64,000 nt of DNA from Lytechinus variegatus. Lineage: Eukaryota. The DNA is taken from the NCBI RefSeq assembly GCF_018143015.1, contig NC_054751.1:28449438-28513437 (forward strand), in the 5' to 3' direction. A program made the position numbers and the translations under genes. Positions 51,253-63,489 of this stretch are shown one piece after another (positions within the stretch are counted from its first letter, which is position 1; every line of letters begins with the position of its first letter). The notes below the pieces were generated by a model. That model saw only the letters and a list, made by a program, of their open reading frames with translations, was not told the DNA's origin and searched no databases.

Positions 51253-52118
51253 GGTACTCTGTAACAACACTCATGAAATTGAGATCGCAATGGATCGTGT
51301 GGTGTGTGCCAGTGTTAACATGATACTGAAATTGTGTATTGACCGAACGAATCTTTGCATCTCTTTAAGTGTACCAAGCAATAGTGTATCATGATCCCCC
51401 ATAACATTTAGTTCACACTATATCAAATTATGATCTTCAAATTCCTTCTTTTATCAATATAGATCAAAGGATTATTACACCCTCTGTAGACAGAAATGTG
51501 ACTTGAAAGTAGACTACTAGTACTTGACACATCCATACATGCTCACCAATGTAAGGGCTCTATGAACCAAACTTAACAAAAGATTATGGTACCACGCAAT
51601 GCCAAAATGTTGGCCTGTAATGTTCCTATACCACTGACCATATATAATATCTGAAAACTCTTACAAGATAATTCAAAACCAGTAAGCAGTTTTTAATGAC
51701 CGTTCCAACTTGAGATGACTTTATATCAATTACCTGAAATTTTACTTGCATCGTGGCTGATACTTGATACTCCTTATATACAATCTTCAGTGTTTGGGAA
51801 CAAATGTGAAAGCAAATATCTTGCTTCTACTATGCAGGTGAGACACAAACCGGATCAAAAGATATGTCTTCATTCATTAATTATACAACTTTCTTGCTTG
51901 CTCTTGTTGATAGAAGATATATATATCGACAGATATACATATTGGTTTTCTGACTTTGCTCAACAGATGCGCACAGCCTGAAATGGAGTGAAGATCAATG
52001 GACCTGACTATAATCATTTATATTCATTTTGAAATTTCTTTATGTTGATGTAATATAGTCCTTTACAATGGAAGTACTATAAGTCCTTATGTACACATCA
52101 ATCAAATATTGGTCTTCA

Positions 52119-52331
52119 TCATCGACTTTTAATCTTCTTCTTGGACGAGGATGGTTGATCTAATTCCTGCTCATACTCTATTTCCACCTTGGCACGTTTC
52201 CTCCTTGATTTCACAAGTTTCTTAGACGATGAGGCCTTTTCCTTCTCTTCCTCATCGTCACTTTCATCCTCGTCATCGTCTGAGGATGATGAGCTGGTGG
52301 TGTATCCCCGAGGCCTTAGTTTATCCATGTC
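52119..52331 (-). CDS. MAK16: MAK16 terminal exon (stop TGA at 52119-52121 on minus)
   Basis: Acceptor ctttgcAG. DMDKLRPRGYTTSSSSSDDDEDESDDEEEKEKASSSKKLVKSRRKRAKVEIEYEQELDQPSSSKKKIKSR* matches human DMDKLDASSDED...LQRKRAYVEIEYEQETEP. The total CDS is 930 nt (309 aa). Confidence 0.92.
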   Translation of the reverse strand, partial: DMDKLRPRGYTTSSSSSDDDEDESDDEEEKEKASSSKKLVKSRRKRAKVEIEYEQELDQPSSSKKKIKSR

Positions 52332-52655
52332 CTGCAAAGAAGCACAGAAGAGAAATATGATCATACTATTTTCTTGTGCTAAAGGGGATTGTGTGTCCAT
52401 TTACAACCATTTCACTGCAATTAATGTTTTGTAATAAGCTTGTGATTATAAAACAGCTTTTATTCAAGAATTGCAACACAGAATACAATAGAAGCGGTAT
52501 CAACTTTGTTTTGGAACATACTCCATGTATGATAACATTCAAGATGAATGAAAATGCAAAATTTTCCTCTATAATTAATATCATAATAAATACTATGATT
52601 ACATTAACAGGTAATTGCTGATAACTGAACTAGTAACAATATATGTTGACTGTAC

Positions 52656-52730
52656 CTCAAAATCACTGAGATCACTCTCATCAAAGTCCTCATCTGCAAC
52701 ATATTCAACTTCTTCTTCTAACTCCTCCTC
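52656..52730 (-). CDS. MAK16: MAK16 exon 6 (acidic)
   Basis: Acceptor tttatacatAG, donor GTACAG. EEELEEEVEYVADEDFDESDLSDFE matches human EFVEDGEVDESDISDFE. Confidence 0.88.
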
Positions 52731-54122
52731 CTATGTATAAAAAATAATAAGCAAATCCAATCAACACACAATTATATCAATATGAATACATGTAGAGGTG
52801 TTGAATTCCTTGAATGCTTAAGCGTCTGATCAGGGTAGCTGCGCTAAGGCTGTGGTAACAGTATGCAGCGCTTAGAAACATCTGTATGAAGCACTTAATA
52901 AATGTTGCATATTATTATTACTATACTATTCCTAACACTAATGAAATACACGATAGATTCACAAGGAATACAAGTACATCTCTTGGGATGAAATTCACGG
53001 ATAACAGAGGTCTTTTAAACTTTTAAAGATCAATGTGTAGCATCGGATCATTAAAGACCATCCCATATTCAAGATTTTAAATGGAATTAACATGTACTGC
53101 CTGCAGGATTTATCCAAACAATTAGACAAAACAATCATGCTGATGTTCCTGAAAAACCATTCTTTGGATTAAGAGGTTTATACAAACAGGAATTGAACAA
53201 TGATAGTTGGTATAGGTGCAAGACATTTTTTTATTCTGCAAAATTTTCTGGTAAAATTCTTACCATGATTTAAATACCATCGTATCATTAGAGAACATGT
53301 ACGGAGGTGCTCAAAAGTTGGTGTACCCCACCAGAAAATGAACATCTTTTAAGTGTTCAAGTTCTGCCAAGTTTTGGATATTTAATTGCTAGGTCAGGTG
53401 ATAAAATATGACATTCGATTCAGCTTGTTTAATAATAATAAAACTTTTGGGTGATAGGTCCTTTTCAAGCTCTGCCCCACGTCTTTGGAACACTCTTCCA
53501 GCTTCCCTCAGTTGTATCCCAAATATCACTTCATTTCAATCCAACTTAAAGATGTACCTCATGAAGAAAGCACATTCAACATTTACAGTGCCTTTGATAT
53601 TTGCTTTCTTCCTTTTTTAGTTATATGATTTCTAATTTCACTTTTGTTTGTATATTTCGTATGTTCTACATTGTAAAGCGCTTTGATATGATTTCATGAA
53701 AAGCACTATATAAGACTAAGTTATTATCATTATTATTAATAATAACAATTTCATATACCGTAAATTCGTAAATTGCCTCTAAGCGGTTAAGAGAGGAAAT
53801 ATGAAGTATAAAGGAAATAGAAAAAGAAATACTTTGCACATTGTAGTGTTGTTGTCTACGTTCAACACTCAACACTACTGTATGTACTAGAAAAACATTG
53901 GTTCAATGAAAGAGTCCAGATGGCACAAAAACTTATTTTCCTCATATTAAATGATAATAGCAAAGGCAAGAATGAACCGAATCACCTTCCACGCGGAAGT
54001 GCCCTATTTCGGTTTTAACAAGTGCAATAAAGAAATGATTTGGCCTGCCATAATATTTGATGACCCTGCGGTTAAATGACCCTTGACATATGACCTCTGT
54101 ACAAAGTTATTCTGTGGTTTAC

Positions 54123-54239
54123 CTCTTCAGCTGCATCGGCTTCTCTCTCAGCGGCTGCTTCAGTTTCTTCTTCATCCTCTTCCTCTCCTTCAAGAGCGCG
54201 ATCAAAAGCATGGGTCGGGAAGTTGTAAATGTCGCCATA
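54123..54239 (-). CDS. MAK16: MAK16 exon 5 (start of acidic tail)
   Basis: Acceptor ttacAG, donor [45 protein letters not shown] matches human [22 protein letters not shown]. Confidence 0.92.
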
Positions 54240-55048
54240 CTGTAAGTATACATAAAAGAACATCATATGGGGCATTGCAAGACACTAGCAATCGATTGGA
54301 AGTCTATTTTTGGTCCCTAAATCAATCATATGTTTTGAAATTAATTGCAAATTTGCGATTGCCAATCTGCTCCTTGAAACAATCACAGTAAACTGATTTG
54401 CTGCAGTTAAAATTGATCTATCAATCGTAAAATTGCAACAACAAAAAATTCTTGCAACACCACAGTCCCCCAGAGTGTTTTAATTCTAACAAATGACCCA
54501 TATTCACAATTGATATTTTAATCTTAATAAGACTGGTATTGTTTTGTTCCTATGACTGACGAAACAGATGTGGATTCTATCCCCGGTCCATATTAAAACA
54601 AGGTTTGAATTCATGCGCTTCAGTTAATGAGGACAACGGATGGCTTCCAGAATAACTAGAGGGTCTGCATATCGCATGAACAAGCTATCTTGCACACAAA
54701 AACACTTGACTTAGAGACCGGGAAAAGGCTTTCATCCTAATGTGGAATATACAATGTGCAATGAATATCTATTGCCGCTATTTCAAAACCAAACTGTGTA
54801 AAACATCAATAGATCATACCAAAATGCATACACAAAGTATACAAGTTTAAGAAACACTTGATATCAAACACCAATCACTTGAAATCACACACCAGTTCTT
54901 ACATAGGACTGGACCATACAAAAGTAAAGTTCAACTTAGGTAAGATCCTTATAATGACCTGAAACATGACATAAGACATTCTTATTTAAGTATATTGTGT
55001 TTTATTCCCCAAACTTCACAGTACTGACATAAAAAAAAATCATATTAC

Positions 55049-55178
55049 CGTTCCAGATTTTAAGCGATCAAGTAGTTCTTTCTCGATAGCATTGTCCAGT
55101 TGGGCAGCAATCAAGGCTTTTTCTTCTCTACGAGATTCTCTTCTCTCCACTTTCCGAGCAAGGGGCACTATTTTTTTT
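55049..55178 (-). CDS. MAK16: MAK16 exon 4
   Basis: Acceptor cttgtAG, donor GTAATA. (Q)[43 protein letters not shown] matches human [44 protein letters not shown]. Confidence 0.95.
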
Positions 55179-55623
55179 CTACAAGGATGAAAAACAAACA
55201 AATCAAATTACATTACTTTTTGTAAGATTATAGTACATACTGTATTGTTTTTGTTAACTATGGATTACTGGTATATCAAATGGCAATAAGATATAAGCAA
55301 GAGACACTGAAAAGATATAGAAGAAAAGAGATTGAAGAGAAAATCCATAACAGCTGTGCAGAAAGAAGAATGTTAAAAAATGTCGTAATGAAGTAATCTG
55401 AAGTCCTGGCCATTGGCATCATACCCATCTCCAATTAGCCATTAGCATTTGGTCATTTAGATTTGTTGTGCCTTTATTTCATTTTATTTCATTTCATTTA
55501 TGCTGCAATAAAAAATTATGCATTTAAGTAAAGTTTCCTTCAACTTAACATATCAAACTTGAAGACCTATAAATTTTTTTTAAAAATTCAAATCACAAAA
55601 ATTAGGGCAGAAAGAGAACTCAC

Positions 55624-55840
55624 TGTCTTCGAAGCACCAGCTTGCGCATGCGGATCAGGTACTGGGTGATCTTGGTGAAGCGTTGCTTGCACTTATGCTT
55701 GATGAAGCCTGGCCAGAACTTGAGATGCCTGTTAATCTGGACCAGGGCTTTCTCGTAGTTCTTCGACAGACGGACCTTCTCCCACAGCTTGTCTGGAAAC
55801 GCCGCCCTCTCTATCGTCTTCATGTACAGGTAGCACACAC
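55624..55840 (-). CDS. MAK16: MAK16 exon 3
   Basis: Acceptor ataccAG, donor [79 protein letters not shown] is near-identical to human MAK16. Confidence 0.95.
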
Positions 55841-55877
55841 CTGGTATGCGAATAAAGCAATTATATCAGTTATTTAC

Positions 55878-56210
55878 TTAGAGTGAAGTTGGCGTAGTCA
55901 GTAACGCGTCTGCCCATCGAACAAAAGATCGCAGGTCCAAGTTTATCCCGGGCAGATGGCTGAAGCCAGTGCGTTGTGTGTAAACATCTCTCCCATGTTT
56001 CATAGATGCAGGCTATGTTACAGTGGAAAACACTACGTCCCACAGATAGGATGTTAAATGGAGGCCCCGTGTAGAGAAGAGTTACCACCTTTGCACGTTA
56101 AGAACCCACTGCACTATTCATATAGGAGTAGGGGGAAACCCCAGTGTAGTGGTCAACCTACACTCCCTCCAGTCAGTTATAATAATAATAGTGTTGCTCA
56201 AGTGGACACA
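55878..56210 (+). mobile_element. tRNA-derived SINE, family E, in MAK16 intron 2
   Basis: GGCGTAGTCAGTAACGCGTCTGCCCATCGAACAAAAGATCGCAGGTCCAAGTTTATCCCGGGCAGATGGC is a tRNA-like head. The tail ends ATAATAATAATAG. Confidence 0.55.
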
Positions 56211-57039
56211 GATGACTTGCCTCAGTCAAATCTCTTTGAGATCGCAGAAATCTGTTCGACCTAGGAGAAGTTTGACTCAAAAGATGTGAATAAGACATGT
56301 TTTACAAATCTATAATGCTTCAAGGTTTAACATAACTGAAGTCTTCTATTTATCCATCTCTGCCTCCTCTTCTTTCTGACATTCCAACTTCTTCTGTGTA
56401 CTATTCTATCTCTGTATCCCCTCTCTCTGTATGTTATAATGTAGAATATTTTGCTGTAACTTGAATATGTATTGAGATGTTTATTATCTGTACAAATACA
56501 TGTAATTCAGCCTTTGGCTATTAATTGGATTTTCTTACAAGAAATAGCATTTGAACCAAATTAATCAGAATCTGCATCTTGAAAGTATTTTTTAATGCTG
56601 TTTCGTACAGAAGAAATCTCTACTGTCAATAAAAAAATACTTTTTTAAAAGTAAGAATTTCAGGTTGTTGAAGTGGCCATTGTCTATAATTTCATTCATT
56701 TTTATAATGTTTAATAATTGATTACGATCTTTTACTTCTTTGTATTGTGATTTGTAATATTTGTACAATGTTGAAATTCAAATTTACAAACTTATATATT
56801 ATAGACTCTAACTCTGTAACAAAAAAATAACACTATTCAGTAATTTAAAAATAAAGGTGCAAGTATTAATTAAAAAGGACAAGAATTTGCCAGTTAACCT
56901 AGAGGTCAGAGTTAACCTCATTTTTTCTTTAATGAATAACGAGCAATATCATATGATGCAGACCTCCTTCTTTATAATCGTTAGCACCGCTCTTGGATGC
57001 ATATTTATTCTTGTTCGTTGATTTAATTTAGGGAATTAA

Positions 57040-57784
57040 CCCTAAATAGACTGGGCTATTTCAACGCCTAAGAAGACTGGGGGGGCTGATTCAGCCCCCC
57101 CTTATGATCTCGGCCGTCGCTCGCGCGATCGCAACGAAAATTGGCACACGCGTTACCCATGGCATTATCTACAAAACTGTAACATCAAATTCTGCAAAAA
57201 ATCTCATGTTTCATTAATTATGCTAATTTATGCGTAAAATCATAAGTTTGCTCTAATTAATAAAATAATGCCCCTGAAATGCTAATTTTTGTTTCACATA
57301 CTCTAGATAGGCATCTGATCAAATTTATTTTAAAAAAATTCAACATCACATTTATTTTCTTATGTATTCTATTGTTTTCTAAATTTCTTATGTATTTCTT
57401 TGTTTTTCGACTTTTTGTTTTTTATTGTTTTTCAATGGAAATTGTCGGGGACTTTATTTTGACCACAAAAAAGAGAAAATCAATTGATTTTAAGCAGTAA
57501 AAGGAAAAATAATGATACATTTATGAATTTTTGCTAAAAACACTATTTGCATTGGATTTGTACACAAATTCACGTTTTTGAGTAATTTTGGGTCTGCATG
57601 CACTTACGAAATGTTGCGTAATTTCTGAACCACGTACCCGGGGGTCACAATTTTGGTCTCAAAAGTTGCACGAGACTTGAAAGTAAAAAGTCAGCGAGCG
57701 ACGCGGTCAAAAAATTTTGCGCGGCGGATTTATCGTGAAAAATGTTGAGGGGGGGGCTGAATCAGCCCCCCAGTCTTTTTAGGG
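57040..57784. mobile_element. piggyBac-like MITE (TTAA target-site duplication) in MAK16 intron 2
   Basis: Termini CCCTAAATAGACTGGG...CCCAGTCTTTTTAGGG are inverted repeats flanked by TTAA on both sides (57036-57039 and 57785-57788). Subterminal palindromes GGGGGGGCTGATTCAGCCCCCCC occur at both ends. Confidence 0.75.
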
Positions 57785-58380
57785 TTAAAGGTCAAGTCCA
57801 CCCCAGGAAAATGCTGACTTGAATAAATAGAGAAAAATCAAACTAGCATATGCTGAAAATTTCATCAAAATCGAATGTAAAATAAGAAAGCTATGACATT
57901 TTAAAGTTTCGCTTATTTTTCACAAACAGTGATATGCACAACTAGGTGAGTCAGTTGATGTCCATCACTCACTAATTCTTGTTTTTTCTTGTTTGAATTA
58001 TACAATATTTAATTTTTATGGATTTTACAATAAGGACCAACTTGACTGAATCATATATGTTCAGGGAGGAATTAATCGTTATATCACTTGACAATGAGAA
58101 AATCAAAATATTTCATGTAATAGAATACAAAAGAAATGGTGAGTGGATGATGTCATAGTCTCATTTGCATACCAGCCAGGATGTGCATATAACCATTTGT
58201 GAAATTAAGCAAAACTTTTGAATGTCATAACTTTCTTATTTTACAATTACATCGGATTTTGACAAAATTTTCTGTGTTATGCTTGTTGGGTTTTTCTCTT
58301 TTTATTCAAATCAACTTTTTGTTGGAGTGGGCTTGTCCTTTAACCTGAACTGGATCAGGAAGCTCTTTAAGCTGACCTAC

Positions 58381-58543
58381 CATTCTCTTCTCTGACGGTG
58401 GCATACTGGCTATTGGCCAATGGACAGGAGGATCGATTGCACAATCCCGTTAGGTTGTATTCATTCCTGCAGAACTGCTGCGTGCGGACCTTGGTGTTGA
58501 CCTTGAAAGAGCAGAAGGTCGTATTGATGATACTCCAAATGAC
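58381..58543 (-). CDS. MAK16: MAK16 exon 2 (ribosomal L28e/Mak16 domain)
   Basis: Minus-strand acceptor tttttgcAG, donor [60 protein letters not shown] matches human [44 protein letters not shown]. Confidence 0.92.
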
Positions 58544-60803
58544 CTGCAAAAACAGGAGGAATAAAAATTGTCAATTTTTACCCCCCCAAAAAAATACAAT
58601 CATATCCCCATCCACTAATCCAATGTACAAGGTTTTTAGAGACGGTGATTTTCCGTTTCAAGAAATGGTCTTTTCCGTTTCTGAAAATCTGTACTTCCGT
58701 TTTAACTTGATCTAAAATTGGAAATTCTGTTTTTGTCACTATTTATTTGCTCAATATCATGGATACTGTGCTATCACCAGAGGAGATACTACGATCGATG
58801 AACAGGCACTCAAGCAAGTCTCCTGCATCGTGGACTTTAAGTATAGTACTAGCTAGTAGAACCATAGTTGCTAAAGCCAGATCTATTTGCTGTAAGCCAT
58901 GGCAGAAAAGCTAAATTAATTTCTTTAAATTATTTTTTTCCAATAAAAAATAACTTTTGTGGGCTTCATTGTTTACTTTACTTTTCACCAATCAATAGTC
59001 TACTTAAATTTAGAAATTAACACTGACTGTTAGACTGCCAAGGGCACAATGGCAAACTGTATAGAATGGATAGCAGAGTGTTCAGCGCTAGTGGGCGTGT
59101 ACATTTTGCTTATTACATGATGTCATCCAGCCACTGCCTGACTGCCATGAACCAATTTATGAATGAAAATATAGTAAGCATGCACAGTGCAAGCCTTCCA
59201 GTGCCCCACACAGTATTCCATCAAAACAAGTGTGCAATTCTCTACCAACATCAACCGAGAATTTCACTTTCATATATTTTATATGAATTATGAAAGGTAT
59301 TCTCAAGAGATCGATTTTCTCACCGATACCACACAGGTAAGCAAATTTTGATTTATTACATACTTCTTGCTTTTCCATCTATATCTTACGAGTTAGTGTC
59401 AATATGGCATTGTGTTCATTGGAGTTTGTAAAATCTATCGCAATGTGTACAAAGTCAATTGATTTCCGAGTTTCAGAGCGTCTTGATAACTTTTGATTGA
59501 TACTGGAGCAATCTAATCACAAACTGACAGACCAAGATCATTTCCCACGTAGATAATGTGACTGGATATCGTTATCGCTCTTGATACTTTCGCACGCGAT
59601 CCGAAGGAATTATCATGAAAGGTTGGCGACCAGTATTCATGACGATTGACGTGATCAGCGCGGTTGACCGATCACTCCCAATCAGCGGTGACGGTCTATT
59701 AATTGCTGTGCGGAAATACATGAGATAGCCTATCAGTTGTTCACAGTCTATGGTGATTTGCCACTGTCTGGAGGGCCTCACAAAACGAAAACAATCATTG
59801 TCACTGCAAATTAAATCAAATCAATTTTAATTTTAAAAACATTAGATCTAAGCACTTGTTCACTCCTACCATCTGGCCTGTGGAGAATCTACAGGTAGGA
59901 CTATGGTATGCCAATGCTGTATTGAGCACACACTTTAAAAAATCCTTAAAATATCACTTTTGTGGCCAAAATTACTAATTTCCATACAGTTTGAATTTCT
60001 TTATCATTAGTAACATGGGAATAATTTTTGTATTCACCAGAGCGCTCAAAGACTTGAATTTGGGGCATATTTTTGTATACGCCCTCTATTGGTGGTAAGT
60101 CATATGGCAAGAAAATTTTCCTTTTTTGATCTCTATTTTTAATTAAGAAAAAAATGATATAAAGAATCAAATTTAAATAAGAGCCAAGTTGTATGAATAA
60201 CAGGTCTAATGGAAACTGTCAGTGTAAAAAAATCAAGCATTTGCCCCAAAGAAAAAGAGAAAATAAGCCAAACATTGCCACCCTTATTTTGCCACACATG
60301 GTCATGGAGATATAACTGAGAACCACTCATTCAATGAACAAAGTTATATCATAACCTTGCTCATTGAATGAGTGGATCTAAGTAACGTAAAAATTTGCAA
60401 TATAAATACGTTTTATTTTATGAATTGTTTTTTACTTATAATAAAACTGAGTTCTTTGTTGTACAAATAAAAACCAGTACACTAGTACTAGATCTCTTCC
60501 ATGTCTTCTGGATCTATTTAAATAGATTTATTTCTTTGTTTTAATGACTTTATGACATCTTTACAAGGTGAAATTGAAAAGGTTTTATTTTTAAAAACAG
60601 ACAATATTGTACAAACTGTAAGTGCTAACAGGAAATTAAATGCCTGGGACTGATAATTAAATCCCAGCCCAGCTCTCAGGCGCAGGCAGGCCAGTCGCTG
60701 CGCGGAAATATAAATGTATCTAGTATCGTGCATCGTCAGACTATAATTAGATTATTTCAGTTACATTTAAAAGTGTTTTATTTAATTTTATAAACAAACT
60801 TAC

Positions 60804-60818
60804 GTCGTCGTGTTGCAT
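60804..60818 (-). CDS. MAK16: MAK16 homolog exon 1 (start codon; only 5 codons, MQHDD)
   Basis: Minus strand reads ATGCAACACGACGAC|GTAAGT. It joins exon 2 to give MQHDDVIW..., matching human MAK16 MQSDDVIWDT. Confidence 0.8.
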
Positions 60819-61154
60819 TTTGTCTAACAAAGCAATTCATGAATTTATTTACAGAATCCGTCACTCCGTCGGCTCGCACATGTCACGTCGCAATGCAATT
60901 TGGCTAAATCTATGGTATCACTAATAGAAAAATGAATTGGAAAAATTTGTTATTGCCCCACATCCCTTTCCCTCTCAGAAGTTAAAATAAGTCATTATTC
61001 AAAGACAAATTAAACCATGAAGGCACCTTTAATTGTTTCCTTAAACTGTCAATTTCATAAATGAAAGAATTTTTTAAATGGGCCACTGCATGCATTGGCA
61101 AGTTTACTTATTTCTGTAAAATTCGTGTTTTGATGGCAGCCATTTCAGAGTTCA
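60819..61154 (-). promoter_or_regulatory. Putative MAK16 5'UTR/promoter interval between the start codon and the upstream inverted-repeat element
   Basis: The assignment is positional only. The ATG at 60816-60818 is the first in-frame start consistent with the MAK16 N-terminus. There is no upstream in-frame ATG within 60 nt. Confidence 0.3.
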
Positions 61155-63043
61155 GGGGCCTGTTGCATGACGAGATGAGCGATACGTAGGAACGTCCTAG
61201 GACCATTCTTCCGAGATAGGAAGATTGGCGACAAATCAGCGCTTTCCGTTTCACGAAGGCAATTTTGTCTTCCAAGTCCGCGACATCGTTTTATATCGAT
61301 AGTATCGGAAAAATATTTAGTCTTCATCGTCACCTGAACCTTTTATTTCGGAATGACGAGTTTTCTTAAAATCATTTATTTCAATAAAAAGAGATCAAAT
61401 GATGTTTTATTCATTACTGATTGTAGAATTGATATATGGAGCTTACTTTATGAGGTAAAAAGAGAAAAAACTTTAAAGATTCACAAACATAACTGAATAA
61501 AATCGAAATTTTCATTATTTCCCTTATTTAGAACACGGTGTCCTTTTAAAGACACCTTTCATTGATATTTCAACGAAAGAGACCCTTGCCCGATATAAAA
61601 ATTGATTTAACTTAGTAATTTAGACATTTTAGTAGTTCAATATTCTATATTTTAAAGAATACTTATATATGATGACAATTTTGCAAATTATGCGTTAATA
61701 TGTTATTTGTTGAGGTAAAAATAGGGTTTGAATGGTGTAAACAAAATCAACAGTGTCTGATTGTATGAGACTAAAAAGGAAAATATGAGAGGCTGCGTGT
61801 GAAATATGTAATTTATTTATTTCATTTGTTAGATATAACGCAAGAAATACAAATGTGAGTGTTTAGAGTATAAACATACCTCAGTTGCATGATGAGTATC
61901 CGAAGACAAGGAAAATCTGAACATTGCTGCAAACATGGCCAAGTGAATAAAGTAGTGCTATGCAATAATAATTAAAACATAGAAAAAGCTGTGTAATCCG
62001 CAATGGAAAAAATACCGTTAACCGGAAATAATGCAAAAAATTACAACGATCATAAACGTTGGTCATATTTGAAGTTGATCACTGAATTAATGGAAATTTA
62101 TATAAGAATATAAGGTTTAAGAATATACAAAATATATATGACTAACGTGATTCTTTTGGGGCCTACCCTGCGATTTGAAATGCGCCTCTTCGTATGGACT
62201 TTTCATAATCTTTTCTTTGTGAACTTATCTTCATTTGTAATGATTGTGATGGATTCGTAAGCTATGGGCCTAATCTGTATCTTAAATTCAATTAGCTATT
62301 TCTGCAGATCTTTGTTTTGTTACATCTCAAGTTATCCCAAATCCATTCAAGAATTAATTTTCATTGATTATAATCAAGCTCATCAAAAATAATAATTATA
62401 ATGAAAATGAATAAAAATAAATGATTTAGCATGTTTAACATCTTAGTTTTGTGTCTTTTTTTGCTGAACGTTATAAACACGTTTTTTACTTACATAATTA
62501 CTTTTTAAGAAATTTGTTTTCATGTTGTTTAATTATCTATATTGAGAAAGCATAAGGAGTCAGAGAGGGAGTGCAGCCCATTTCATAGTTCAAGTTTATT
62601 TATTTTTTAATGAAAAAGGGGTGGGGATAGGACGTATAGGGAGAATAAAATAAAACATATTTTGAAAATATTTGGGCTTACATTACCCTCAGAGAAGTTA
62701 AAATGACTTCCGTTTTGGTCGTCTTGTCGACCTGAAAAGTGATGACAACTAGCCCCCATGTAAAAAAATAACTTGGCGCCATCCAAGATAAAACGTATCA
62801 ACCCCCTAAAAAATATGTTTAAAGGTGATATGTCAGTGTGGCTTGCCGTAACCGCATTTTCTCTCATTGCCGACGGTGGCGGGCGGTGTGCAAAGAAGAT
62901 CATGCCTACGTAGGACATGTCTGGAGGTGTCTTTCCAAGGACCATTCTTCGTATCGCCCAAATCGGCTTTGTGAAACAGTTGAGCGATATCTCGTTCTTA
63001 CGTAGAACGGTTCTACGAAAGACCATTTCATGCAACAGGCCCC
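61155..63043. mobile_element. 1.9-kb element bounded by a perfect 16-bp inverted repeat GGGGCCTGTTGCATGA, upstream of the MAK16 promoter
   Basis: GGGGCCTGTTGCATGA at 61155-61170 is the exact reverse complement of 63028-63043. Both subterminal regions are themselves hairpins containing GGACCATTCTTC...GCGATACG. The interior is AT-rich and has no convincing ORF. Confidence 0.55.
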
Positions 63044-63412
63044 AGACCACTGAATTAGTGAAAGCGGTTCCCGAACATGCTGGCCCTGCAGTGGCTTCTG
63101 ATATTTTTTCGCTTTTCAAGTAAAAATACATCTACCACGCTTTAATTTGAGCTATTATATGTCATTTTCATGATTACTAAAAGTGCTCAAAATGTACCCA
63201 TTTTATGTCTGAAAAATACATTTCAACTGAGATCCGCTTCTCAATCTCGCCTTCAGTTTGTTTAAAGGGATAGTCCAGGCTGGAGATATTTCTATCTCAA
63301 TAAAAGAGAAAAATTCACAGAGCAGATTTTTTCTTATACAAGTGCACCCGGAGTTACCAATAGCATTTCCATTTATTTGAAAGCAGGATAAAACAGCTTT
63401 GCACATTATCAT

Positions 63413-63489
63413 GGTGCCGCGGCCGGTGGCGAACCCGGGACTTTTTTTAATGTATATTCAGGCGCCTTAGACCACTCGGCCACGGCACC
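63413..63489 (-). other. tRNA-like hairpin (degenerate class II tRNA-like element; not a credible functional tRNA)
   Basis: The minus strand reads GGTGCCGTGGCCGAGTGGTCTAAGGCGCC...GTCCCGGGTTCGCCACCGGCCGCGGCACC. Its 5' half matches the tRNA-Leu/Ser acceptor and D arm (GGCCGAGTGGTCTAAGGCGC), and a GGTTCG T-loop motif is present. The anticodon region is replaced by an AT-rich segment, and the terminal stem is 13 bp (one G-T pair) rather than 7. Confidence 0.35.

Noticed and set aside
52189-52434. Plus-strand ORF with poly-Ser/Asp/Glu
   Set aside because: It is antisense to the real acidic C-terminal exon of MAK16 (52119-52331 minus), a mirror-frame artefact.
62607-63131. 174-aa minus-strand ORF upstream of MAK16
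   Set aside because: It lies inside or overlaps the hairpin-rich terminus of the inverted-repeat element. It has no recognisable domain, and the alternative-start ORF caller inflates it. It is likely non-coding.
63413-63489. Possible tRNA-Leu/Ser gene
   Set aside because: It was not called as a functional tRNA. The anticodon arm cannot be folded, the terminal stem is 13 bp, and the T-stem pairing is poor. It is kept only as a tRNA-like element.
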